Shown here piece by piece: positions 12,757 through 25,800 of a DNA stretch of 64,000 nucleotides; the stretch's first letter is position 1; each line of letters begins with the position of its first letter. This DNA is from Dimorphilus gyrociliatus (Eukaryota > Animalia > Annelida), in NCBI GenBank assembly GCA_904063045.1, contig CAJFCJ010000009.1, forward strand, positions 972,942 through 1,036,941, written 5' to 3'. The notes beneath the pieces are model-generated. The model was not told the DNA's origin. It made no database searches and saw only the letters and a program-made list of their open reading frames with translations. The position numbers and the translations under genes were made by a program.

Positions 12757-13233
12757 CTATTTTGTTGGTGATAAATCAGATTTTACTGCTAATTTCTTCA
12801 AATATTCAACATTTGGCGTCTTTTCTTGAAGAAATACACTATTGGTTTCAATCTTTAACAATTCGTTTTTCTCGTATGGACAAAGAGGTAAAAATATCCA
12901 TCTTTTAATTAAAATAGCTCAGTTTGATTAAATAATTCAAAAAGTTTAAAGTTAGTATTGTTACCTTAATCCTCTTCTAGAGATATTAATTAAACGAATA
13001 AGAACTAAACAAATGATAATTAAGAGGAAAGCCGATGCTAGAAATGTACATATCAAATGCCAAAAATAAGTTTTTAGATAAAAGTTAAGATATTCAATAA
13101 AACTTGAAGATGATGACGGTTCAGGATCATAATAAGTTTTCACGCCTTTAGCACCGATATCAAAGAAATAATCTAATTGACATTTTATTAAAGAGAAATT
13201 AAGATAAACTAAAAGTTTACATAAAAAATTCAT
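12757..13233 (-). CDS. Uncharacterised small type-I single-pass membrane protein (137 aa, 2 exons)
   Basis: Exon 13233-12965 encodes a signal-like N-terminus, a short ectodomain and the TM HLICTFLASAFLLIIICLVLI. A 63-nt GT-AG intron follows, and exon 12901-12757 continues in frame (RWIFLPLCPYEKNELL...SDLSPTK*). Confidence 0.6.
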
Positions 13234-13649
13234 TCTGTTCCTTTAAAGAATTTAAATTATTTTTCTTATTTAAATTTAAAGAAAATAATTAAAATATAAA
13301 TATGAAAGTAAGAATAATGGAATTAAAACTGCTTAAAGACTTTATATTATAGGTGGCGTTTGCTGTACAAAAAAATATATTTATTCAGTATAATAACAAA
13401 TATATAAAACTATAAAAGCAGAGCGAAAAAGTAGAAACCGGTTAGTAAACGGTTACTACTATGACAACGAGTTGACAAACTTATATAAAAATTGATTTTC
13501 GATCGTTCTTTATTGAATATTTTTATCATGCCTACTATAGGTATAACAATACACTTTTGATAAGTTGTCTTAATGTTGACACTGGTTGGGGTCTGTTTAA
13601 ATAAGCCCCATTCTCGATAAGAATAGTCTTAAAAAAAAAACTTTTAAAA

Positions 13650-16359
13650 ATGGAGAAGAAATTGCGGTTTGAAGACAGTTTAGATCTTGATAAGACCATT
13701 CCAGATTTAATTGAACAATCCCCGAACGGTTTGGTATTGAAGTTATGCAGCTCATCACTGTCAAAAATTCCCAATGGTAAGTGTTTTCAACCTGTTGGTA
13801 GGTCGATCACGTGATAATAATAAGAAAAAGTTATAAAAATCAATTCAATTAAGAAAAAAGAGAGGTTACTGTATAAAATTCGAATTGTGCTTGGTCATTA
13901 TCGAAAAGGATAACGTATCCTTTAAAGATGAAAGGAGTTGCGGCGCAAAATTATATAAAAATATACAAAAAAAACTTGCTTATACCATTCGAAATTTGCT
14001 TAGAAACGTTTAGTATACAAATTTACTTTAACAGAGTACTAAACTGCCGGTGAAAATATTGATTTTTCTAAAAACTTGTTTACTTTTTACAGGAGTTTTC
14101 TCTTCATCAGATATAGCAAAGGAGCTATCGAGTCTTATTCTTAATGATAACTCTTTAGAGGAATTAGATAATGATATATATAAATTGAAAAACTTACAGA
14201 TACTTAGTGCAGAAAATAATCGAATTCATATTGTGAATAGTGCTATTTACGCCTGCAAAAATTTGCAGATTATCAATCTCTCCCATAATGATTTAACAGA
14301 TCTGCCGAATGATCTCGTTTTTCTATCACAATTAAAACAACTTATCGTTACACATAATCAGTTAGAAGAACTACCCAAAGTTGTGTACAAGTTGAAAGGC
14401 TTGGAATTACTATCTATGGCTTCTAATAAGATAAGATACTTATCTGATGAAATTTGCCAGCTACAGAAGTTAATTGATTTCGATCTTGGTGATAATGAAT
14501 TGACGTGTATCAATTCGAAATTGTTTACTATACACTCCCTAAAAACTCTGGCTGTCCAAGGTAATCAGCTCAGGAACGTTCCTCATCTAATGGAGGATGG
14601 AGTCTGTTTAAGAAAACTTGATCTATCGAACAACAACTTTGATTTTATACCAGTTGAAATTTTAGAGTTAAAGTCTCTCCGACATCTAAATATGTCGGAT
14701 AATCAAATAATGCGAATTGATTGGAATGAAAGAATGACCAATTTAACGAGTGTTTTAGAAATGAACCTTAAAGGAAACGACCTAAATTACTTTTCTCCTT
14801 TAATTTTACAACCGCTACGTGATACTTTAAAAATATTGAACCTGAATGAGAATAAACTTGATTGTTTGCCACAGCAAATTGGTGATTTATACTATCTTGA
14901 AGAATTGTATGCAGAAAACAACTTAATAAAGGAAATTCCAGATGAAATAGCTTTTTGCACTAAATTAAGAATAATCAATCTAAATCAGAATAAAATCGAT
15001 AGTTTACCAGTCGAAATGAAAAGATTAAATAATTTACATATTTTGGAATTAGCCAATAACAATATTTCATTATTTTCGAATACCTTGGCAACTTTAACAT
15101 CGTTGAAAAAGTTAATTCTCTCCCATAACGAAATTGAAGATTTACCACTTGAAATGTCTAATTCAACTGGTATGGAATATCTTGACCTGTCGTTTAACAA
15201 GTTTAAAACACTTCCTTACTGCGCCTACAGTATGATCAAGTAATTTAAATAACTTTCTTGTTTGAATAGGTTGAAATAATATATTAAAATCATTATTTTC
15301 GTACAGGCTAAAAGTCTTAAATCTACAAAATAATCAATTGTCATTACTACACGGAGAAGTTGGTAATCTTTTCGAATTAGAAGAAATAAGGCTGGATGAA
15401 AATATTCTAGAGATATTACCGAAGGAAATGTGCAAGCTAAGTTTATTAAGGCATCTCTCCGTTTCCAATAATCGTCTTGGTAAACTTCCTAAAGAGAAAT
15501 ACCTAAGGAAATTAGAAGTTTTGGAATATCTAAACGTATCGGGAAACTACTTTGAATCATTTCCAATTCAGATAAAATCATTAATTAATCTTAAGTCATT
15601 AATATATAATCAGTACGATAGAAACCAAAAATTAGAAGAACTTCCCGAGGAGCTATCACAGCTTTCTAATTTAGAAAACGCAGAGTTTAAGTATAATGCT
15701 ATATGGCAAATAGACGCTGAGCCTTTAAGCCATTTACCAAAAATAAAAAGCATTCATCTGAATAATAACAAGATTGAGAGGATTACCGATGAATTTTGCA
15801 AAGCGGAGAATATTCAAAACATTCAAGTTCTAAGTCTAAATGGAAATTTGTTGACAAACCTTCCGTTAAATTTCGATTTATTAGCTAATTTAAAGTTTGT
15901 ATCCATTTTGTTAATAGCTTGTCGTTAAATAGTTATTAATTGCTTTCTAGGCACTTGGATTTGGAGGATAATCCTGTTCGATTACCTCCTTCAACTGTAT
16001 GCACAGCCGGTAATGTAAGAACGATAGGCTCCTTTATTAGAAGGGCAATATCAAGAAACGATGCCCTTTTATTAAGAGCTTTTGAATTGTTAAAAGATAA
16101 GATGAATAAACACGAACTTCGCTATTTGGCTCACAAATTTCGACTACCGGAAGTAGAAGTAACCGCAATAGAAAAGAAGCACAACGCAAAACAGGAATTA
16201 CATCAACGAGTCTTGGCAATTTTACATCTATGGAGGCAAGAGAATGGCGAAGAGGCAAACGTTGAAAGACTAATTCATATACTATACATCATTGGACTAG
16301 AAGAAGCTGCTGAACTGATTCGTGCTAATCTCATTTATACTCAAATCGTCAAATTTTAA
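13650..16359 (+). CDS. LRRD1: Leucine-rich repeat and death domain-containing protein 1
   Basis: Exon 1 from ATG 13650 (MEKKLRFEDSLDLD...) is spliced to a long array of LxxLxLxxN repeats. A C-terminal death domain follows (ELRYLAHKFRLPEVEVTAIE...VLAILHLWRQENGEEANVERLIHILYIIGL). Confidence 0.85.
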
Positions 16360-16777
16360 TAAAATAAACTAGTGCCTTTTCATTCAGTATTAAGATTACT
16401 GCTATTTATAAAAATATTAATAATCTACTTCAACAAAGATTAACTAATCAATAATTAATATATAGAATGTTTTTAATATATGGTAATATATTCAAATATA
16501 TTTTAATATATGCAAAAAAATTAGTTTATTTTTTATAACCATTTTTCCAAAAAAGTTTATTGCAAATTAATTCGACGTCTTGGCACGTGCTTTTTTTTTT
16601 TTTTTTAAATGTTACCTTTTTTTCGAAATGAAAAATTCTCATATAAAATGTCCAAACTAAACCATGTGACATAACTAAAAAATTTTAATATTTAACTATA
16701 TACGTCTAAAGTCATACATAGTGGAATATATAAATCTCCTGTCCCTTTTAGACAGAGGGATAGAGACACAAACAGTA

Positions 16778-16802
16778 AGAGAGCGAGAGAGAGAGAGAGA
16801 GA
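16778..16802. repeat. Imperfect (GA)n microsatellite between convergent 3' ends
   Basis: agagagcgagagagagagagagaga, read directly. Confidence 0.85.
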
Positions 16803-16866
16803 ATAGAAATTAAATATAAATTTTTCAGGAGGGAATAGGCCAGAAAATACTCTTTTTTTCCATTCT

Positions 16867-19800
16867 TCATGAGGCTAAAGCAGTGGGCCTTTCTTTATCA
16901 CTTTGAGCTGTTTGCTCTAATTGCATAGTCAACTGCAAAAAAACGCAAAATGTTTACTTATTCAGTTTATTTTCAATTGTGCTACTTACTTGACCCACTT
17001 TATTTATCCAATAACTTTTGTCGAAAGTTCTAGGATCGTTGTCGCTTATTGCGGCGGCGTCTAATAAAGCCTTTTCAGTATATGTATTTATCACCTATTA
17101 GAATATGATATATTACTTTTCGTTAATAAAGAAAAAAATTGATTTTCCGACTAACATTTGATGAATCGTTAACTGCTCCACCATATTTATCCAATTGTAA
17201 TCGAAGGGTTTGCTGATTTGTTAGGGATTTCTCTAAATCCGATCTTAATTTAACATTTTCCTTTTGCATTAAGCTCAGTTGATTATTTAGGTGATTAACA
17301 GCGTCAATATTACATTTTAAGCGATTATGTAAATCTTCAATAGTGTTTGCCTTTTCTTTCAATTCAGTTTCCTGTTCAGTTTCGTGTTGATTTAACTTCG
17401 ATTGTAATTGTTGCAGAAGAGATTGCTGTTGTCCACTTTGACTTTGTAATACTTTATATTTCTCATAATCAAGACGATTATCATCTAATTCTAATTTATA
17501 TTTTTGATTGGAACGATTTAAACTTGCAATTTGTTCGGTAAGGCGTCTAAAATAATAAAACAAAATTGGATTATTAAAAGATTAATAAGACATGAAAAAT
17601 GTTTACTCTTTTTCTGCTGTTAGGGAAACTATTGCTCTGCTTTGTTCTCGTATCTTATTTCCAAGCTTTTCATTAGCCGTTCTAATAGAATATTTGCAAA
17701 AACGATTGAATAAATTGTATTAAAGAATATAAATAGTGATTATAAACAACTTACTTTTGTTCTCTAACCCAAGTATTCACATTTTGAACGACCAGTTCGC
17801 TTTCTTTTCTAAGCCTCTCTGCATTGTGCTTCTCTTCTTCTAAATTCCTTTTCGTTTGGCTACAGTCGTCAGCTACCACTGAGTACTTTGATTTTATACT
17901 TTCAAGTTCTCTTTTGGCCATTTCGTACGAATCGGAAAGCTCTCTGAACTTTTCGTGAATGGTTGATGATTCTACTTTTAAGACGACTAATTCCTCTTCT
18001 TTGGCGCTAAGTTCCATTAGGGATTGACGGTTCTGTTCCTGTCTTGCGGAAACGTCTACTCTAAGACCTTCTATTGTCTCTTCGTTAACTTTTATTTGTT
18101 TCCTTAGACTCGTTATCTCATCTTCGTAGATGGCCATATCTAGACGTAATTTTTTATTCTTCTCCTCAACTAAATCGGTATCGTTCGTTAGAGCTTGAAG
18201 TTGTCTATGACATTGCTCTATGTCATGTCTAGCTGTTGTCAACTGTCTTGTTTTTTCACTTAGTTGTTCGACAGTCTCTTTATGGTTACCTTGAGCAGTT
18301 GCTAATTGGAGTTTAAGATCAGCTAGTGCTTGTTCACTTCTTATCAAATCATTGTGAGTACGTCTACAATCCTCCTTACTCTTATCTATTTCAGCATGCA
18401 TCTGTGAGACAATTTCCTCGTAGCGTTGTACCTCTTGAGCGTGTAAACTGTTTTGTTTTTGACCACTTTCCAAATTTAACTTTGCTACTCTTAGTTGACC
18501 TTCTTTCTCAGTTAGTTCTTCTTTTAGTAGCCTATTACGCTCCTGTTGAACATGATAGTCTTCCCTTACCGACAATAAATGTCTTTCATTTTCTGATATT
18601 TGGTGTTTGAGCTCCTTTTCGTTCATAGCATACCTTTCAGTATCGTTTTGCAAACGTTCTATTTGTTTGGCAAACTTGAGCAGTTTTTTATTCAGATCTT
18701 GCTGTTTAGACCTTTCGTTTTTAAGTTCGTCTTGTAATTCTGAAAGTAAATCATCTTGATGTTGAACTTGTTTAGCTAAGAGAGCTTCTTGTTCCCTCTT
18801 TTCATTTAATTCTCCTTCAATTCTTGCCATCGCTTGCTTATAAGTCATACATTCCTGTATAGAATTATGAGTCTCTTCTCTGGCGGCGAGAACATCCTTT
18901 CTTAATTTCTCTATTGTTCCTTTATATTCTTCAATTTCATCTTCGTAACTAGACGTTCTTTCCTTAAGCGTTTTAAGTTCTGTTGTTAGACGTCTAGATG
19001 TTTGTTCCAGTTTAACATTTTCGGACACTTTTGAAGAGTATTGCTCCTGCATATTGGTAAGACTTCTATTGACAACATCTAGTTTCTCTTCGTAATGAGC
19101 AATTTGCTGACTCGCCTCCTTAAATTGTTCTCTAATGGATGTTAAATCTTTTCGAGATTGTTCAATTTCGTCTGACAGTTCTACTACTCTATTGTCCGAA
19201 GTTTTATTGGATCTTTCTAAAGTATTTATATCTTGTCTTAAATTACGGATAATCTCCTCTTGATCATCGATCATTTGGGTTTTATTGGATATTTCTAATT
19301 TCATATTTTCAAGATTTAGTCTTGTATTATCCAAATCTTGAACCTTGATATTCATCGCATTAGATAATTGAAGTACTTCATTTTTAGACTCTGTCAATTC
19401 GCTTTCGAAATGGCCAACTGCATTTTGAAGTTGAGCAATTTCTGATCTATACTTTTGCTGTTCAGAGGCAGCGGCTAATTGATAATCTTGCATTGAAGAC
19501 TCCAGTCTTGCTATTTCTCCTTCTAGTGCTTCATTTTGTTCGCGCATTGATTCCAATTCGGATTTCAGATCATTCATATTCTCTTTCAGATCTGACGTTT
19601 GTCTTGACTTGCTTTGTAACTCGGATCGACTGTCCTCTAAATCATATTCTAACTGATTAATTTCTTCGCATCGTTTAGCGTAGTCCTCATCCGAATGAGA
19701 AAAAGATTGTTTGTATTGGAAAAGTTCTTCTTGATACTTTCTACACCTTTCTTCATGATGTATGCACTGATCTTGTGTCTCTTCTAAAGCTTCTTCAGTT

Positions 19801-22800
19801 CGCTTAATTTGCAATTGAAGAGTGTTTGTTAACTCGTTTGATTTATTTAAATCGGTTTGAGCAGCTGTTAGTTCACTTGTTAATTCTTTTATAATCTCTT
19901 CGCATCTATTCATCTGTGCTCTTGTTTCTTCCAAATCATTGCTAAGTCTTGTCATTTGTGCTTGCATAGTAGATATTAATCTCTCTTTCTCAGCATCCTG
20001 AGCGTTAACGGAAGCTAATTGTTGTTGAACTGATGCGAGGTTCTGTTGTAAGTCTGAAGCTCGTTCTGAAGTATCGGCATATTTCCTACTATATGTTGCT
20101 AACGAATCGTCCAATCTACGAACATCGTCAACCGCCGATTCTAATTCCGCTTCTAGGTTTGCAATTCTCTGATTAGCTTGGCCGAGCGTACTAGCTTGTT
20201 GGTCTAATTGGTTGTTTAATCGTTTAACTTCGCCCTCGCTGCATTCTTTACTGGAAACAACCTTAGACAAATCATCACAGCACATTTCATATTCAGATCT
20301 AACACGGGTTAATTCGTGGGTGACTTCGTCTAAATGTTCCAAAAATAGAAACATTGTTACTTTCTTTGGGTTATAAAATCGTATTTAAACGAGTGTTACC
20401 TAATTGGTGTTGTGCTTGTAAATTTTGCTTTTGAGACTCTTCCAAATGTTGTTGTAAAGTCTCCAAGTCCTTTGTATGCCGTCTTTTACAAGCGTCTAAA
20501 TCAGCTCTTAATTGATCTGAGGTTCGATCGCTATTTCGACACTAGATAGATACGGCATAAAATTATTTTACATTTACAGTTGAAGGTGATGGATACAGAA
20601 AAGGAATAGTGAAAAAATATAATAAAGAAAGAGAAAAGAGTAAAGAAAAAGATAAGAAAGATAGAAAGAGGACTGGTGATAGAAATATCTTTCTATTTTC
20701 TACCTCTAAAATACTCTTTTGTAATTCTTGTTGAAGTTGTTGATAAGCTCTGACATCTTCGCTAATCTGAATTATTAAGCGAGGAACGTTGATCATTTGC
20801 AATAAATATATAAAGCGCCATAAATTCATAAAATGCGATAATTATTTTATGATTATGAAAATCTAAATAGAACATATAAATACCTTTTGTTCTTTTAAGT
20901 CTAATTCATTACAGTATTCCTTAACTTGAGCTTGTAATTCCTTAACTCTGTTATTTAACCTTTGAACTTCGGAATCTCTTATATTTAACTATTAAAAGGA
21001 AATATTTGTGTTAAATAACAATAAAAATCAATTTGGAAAGAAAGTGCTACAGAACAACACTTACCTCTTCTATACCAGTTGAATATTGTTGTTGCATTGT
21101 ATCAATTTCCGTTTGTAATTTAATGATGCAATCGTCTCTGTTAGTTACTTCTTCCTGGCAAGTTTGATGTTTTTCTTTCGATATCGCCAACTCCAGTTCA
21201 ATTTCGTGAACTCTTTCTTCATAATGAACTAAATCCTTTACAGTTTTCGATAATTTATCCGTTAATGCTGTATTATCAGCGTTTAACTTTTCTACTTCGT
21301 CTTCATAAGTTGATATCTGTCATTTTAATAATAAAATATATAAATTCGTATTAATAAATACTATAAAAATATAATAAAGGAGTGAAAGTATTATTAGCTT
21401 ATTATCCGAATTAAATAACTGTAAAGATTGGCGAAAATTCAACCTTTTTCGATAAAATACTATTATTAACAACGAAAGACGAAAACCAAGCTGTAGCTGC
21501 GCCCATCATCTGGTCAAATATTGACTGCTTAGGCATGTCCTTTAAACAAAATCTTAAAAGAAGATAGATTGCTTTTTTACTATCAGTATAAACGTAGTGA
21601 AAGTGAGTACAATACTAGTAATTCAAGACTGTTTAATGCAACATCTTAAACAAAGAACAAAACATTACGTCACCTTGTCGAACGCTTTTTTATACTGATT
21701 TTCTAGTTTGTTCAATTTACTTTGTAGCTCTTCAATTTTACCGTCTCGGTGGGAAATCTGTAATTGAAACGTATAAAGAAATGTGATTATCCTCAAATTA
21801 AACTATTAAAAGTTGGTCAAAGGTTTTACTTACGTCATCAGCAGCTCTTCGTCTAGAATCATCAAAAGTGGTCTGAGTGTATGAAAGAGCGTGTTGCAGT
21901 TTTCTAATAGTTTCACTTTGCTTCTGATTCTTTTTTAAAGGTAAAAAAATATATATTATATAAATATGTATATAAGTGTCACGTGATGTTTTCAAAAAAA
22001 CAAAAAAGAATAACAATAATAATAACAAAGCAAAATAAACTTACTTCCAATGATTTTCCTTCTTTTTGACTCTTTAATTTAGTTAATTCGGAATGTAGCT
22101 TTTTAATAGCATCATCTCTGGAGGCAATCTATTAAATATATGAAAAAGATTTAGTTAAGCAAATCTTAATAGAAAAGAAATTCCATACTTTATTCATGCA
22201 ATCCCGTAGCTGCCTTTGTAAAGATTCATTGTCTAATCTAGTTTGGCTTAGAATATCCTCTTTAATTTCAACCTATGAAAAAATATAACAATAGTATAGT
22301 AATATACAAAGAAAACTATATGAACAATGGAAGAGCAAACCTTTTCATTAAGATTCTTAATCTCTGAATGCATTGAAGCTAGTTCACTGTTTAATTCATG
22401 TAGTTGAGTTTGATGGTGGCCTATCTGATCTGTTAGGCTAGTATTATCAGTTTTAAATGAGGATATTTCGGCCTCTTTAGATGCGATGACATCTTTCATA
22501 GCGCTTATCTAAATTAAAAGGAAACGTTAAAGTAAATAAAATGACGATAATTGACAGAAAATGAATTTTTCATACTTCATTGCAAAGTCTTTGAATTTTT
22601 TCGTCCATATTTTCTATTGTTTGCCTATCTTGAGCATTCTAAATTAAAGATTAATGTTTGTCAGAATTATGAAGAAGGATATTGCAAACAAGAGAATAAA
22701 ATAAATACCTTTTCCATAAGTTTACTTTTTTCTTCTTGTAGATTTATCAATTCATATTTGGCTTTTTCGACTGCTTCTTCCCTTCGTTTAACTTCCGACG

Positions 22801-25800
22801 CTAAAACGTCTTGTTCGCTTTGAGCATTTAATGTTGCAGCATGAACTCTGGCGTCTAGCCTACCATTTTCCTCTAATAGACCGCAATATTGATCTTTTAA
22901 TTGTTTTAAATCACTTTCCAATTGTTTGACAGTAATATCTCTTCTGTTAAGCTGTCAAAATTAATAGATTAGAGAAGATTGATGGGGTGGGGAAATGAAA
23001 AGTAAGAGTATACCTCTGCCAAGGTGTTACGATGCCTTTCTTCCTCCTGCCTCAAATCGAAAGCTCCTTGTTTAATAACAGTCTCCTTTCTCTCCAATTC
23101 ACATTGCCTTTCGCTTAGTTCTTGATCGGCATTCATGATGTATTTTTCTTTGGCGCTGATTTGTCCTCGGGCAAATTGTAATTGCTCTTCGCAGGCGCGT
23201 AATTTTTCTTGAACTCTAGAAATTTCACCATCTTTTTCATGTATTTTGGCCTTTCGTTGCAAATTTTCTTGATTATGGTGAACCTCTTTTTCCTTTATTA
23301 AACTTTGTAGATGCTCAGACTTTTTGGTAAGAAAGAAAAACATTTAAAAAGGATTCAATTTACTTTTAAAAACGACATAAACGTGTTATGTAAACACAAA
23401 CCTCTTTACAACTTTGGTCAAGACGAATTGTAACGGCATTAAGATTTTTTTCAGCATTGTTAGCTATCTCTTGCAAATGATTTGCTCTCTTTTGTAACGA
23501 ATTTATATCGTCTTTAGCTGTGGAAAGTTGTTCTAATCGATCTTGAGCTAGAGCAATTGCTTCTTGTTTTTCTTGTTCAATATCTTTCATTTGCAGTCTG
23601 AGGTTTGCAACTGTGTCATGAGCGTCTTGGAGTTGGGCACTTAATGTATCGCGTGTCTCTTTCGATTGATTTTGCAGTTTTTGCAGCGAATTTGTTAGTT
23701 TTGAAATTTGAGTAGAAGAGTCGGAACTTTGGGTCTTTGTAGATTGTAATTCTGATTCAATCTGAGCAACTTTACTTTTGTATTCTCTCGCCTTTTGTTT
23801 GTTTAAATTAAGAAAAAAAATGATTTTTATTGATTTATATAAAATCTTTACTAGATGTACAAACTTCAATTCTCGTGTCTTGATATTGACGCCTGACACC
23901 CTCAAGCTCTAATTCCGTTTTTCTAAGCTTATCTTCCATTTTGACAACCTGTATAAAAAAAAATCATATCCAATTTAGAATCAGTCAAGCGGAAGTGTGC
24001 TATTTACACCAACCAACACCGATAATTCATAATCAAATGCAAATAATAGACAATAATAAAGGAAAACAACATATACTTTTTGCATAACAAAATCTGCTAA
24101 CTAATCTTTTCATCTTAGAAGGAAAAAATAGGTGAATAGGACAAAGAAAACAACAACAACAACAACAAAACAGAAGCAAATTAAGTGCTCGTCTAAAAAT
24201 AATGATCATATTATTTTTGATTGTGTAGATAATCATATAAACTCTCTTCTTTGCATAATTATTTTTTAAGTCTTTTGAAGTGTGCCATATAGGTTTTTAC
24301 TAGCAGTGATTTTTTGTTTGTTTTTATTATTATACCTGATTTTCAGAATCCTCAAAACGAACTTCACAACTGACATAATGTCTTTCCAATTCATCTTTCT
24401 AATATATTGAATAAGAAAAGAAAAATTCTCAAAAAAAGAGGCTATTTTAATTATATTAATGAATATCTATATGAACGTTTAGTATGTTAATAAGATAAGA
24501 AGAAAAAAAAAAGATAACCTTCATTAATTGATTGATTAATTATATAATTATAAAAAGATCAGAATATTAACCTGAGATTGGATTGTATCCCTCTTATTCT
24601 GAAGTTGTAAGATATCAGATCGTAATAATTGGATAGTTTCATCTCTTCTCGATAATTCAGCTTTTAAGACATCGTGATGATCGTGATTCGATGAAGCGGC
24701 CGCTCTCAGTTTCGATTGTAAGGCGCCAATCTATAATTTTGTTAAATAGATTAAACTCATTTCATTTATTCTTCAATATTATTTAATAAAATGCATATAT
24801 TACTTCTTCATGAGCTTTTTTAGTTTGTTCATGGGCTTCCCGAAGATCTGATTCCAATTCTTTGATTCGTCTATCATAATGGCTAATCTGAAAAGATAAT
24901 AAACTTTTAAATAATTCATAATAGACTTATTTCTTTTGGAAACACTCGAAATTTTGGTTAGATATTCAACTACAAATTGTAAATCGATAGATCGTTCTGC
25001 AATTTCAATTTGAATGTTTTCATAATATTTAAGAATTATGTTTAATTGATAAAAAACTTAAAAATTTGACTAATAAAAATTGAATTTGCTGTTAATATCG
25101 ATTTTGTTAAATAAACATAGTTAGTTTGCTTAAGGACTAGGTAAAAAAAATAAGAGAATTAATTATAGAAGTTTATGATAAACAAATTCAAAACATAGGA
25201 ATATATGTTCATTTCCGTGTTATATGTAAAATATTATAATTTCTAAAGGAGCTATCAAGAAGGAAAACAAAGCAAAAAAAACACTCTTTTTTTTATTATA
25301 CCTCGTAACGTTCCTTTAAATATTTTATAAAATTGGTTGTGAATTAATGATAACCGAATAATTGAGATTTATGAATAACTTACATCGTGCTTTGAACGAG
25401 TATGATTTGCTCTCAAAACGTTCAGCTCGGATCTTAACGCTTCTATTTTTTCCTCGTATTGTTCAAGCTGAAAATAAAGAGGGAAATATTTTTTACAATT
25501 TGGAAAATATTTAACATAATCAGCAAAAATTACTTGACTAGAATTGTTTGTGTCGCGTTCCTGCAACAATCTAATACTGTGGATATGATTAGTATTTTCG
25601 CTCTCTTTAACGGCCAATTGCTTTAATAAACTTGTTATATCATTTTGTAGAGCCGCAATCTTTTCGTCTTTCCTTCTAATCATATCACTACTGTTATTAT
25701 TCGTTGTACGAGTCTCTTTAGTCGGTGTTTCCTTATTAGATAGTTCGCTATATTCAAAACTAGTCGAGAGATTTCTACTCTGTATCATTTCTAATTCTCT

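Noticed and set aside
13455-13468. Possible RFX X-box (ACTACTATGACAAC) upstream of LRRD1
   Set aside because: Only one half-site matches the consensus.
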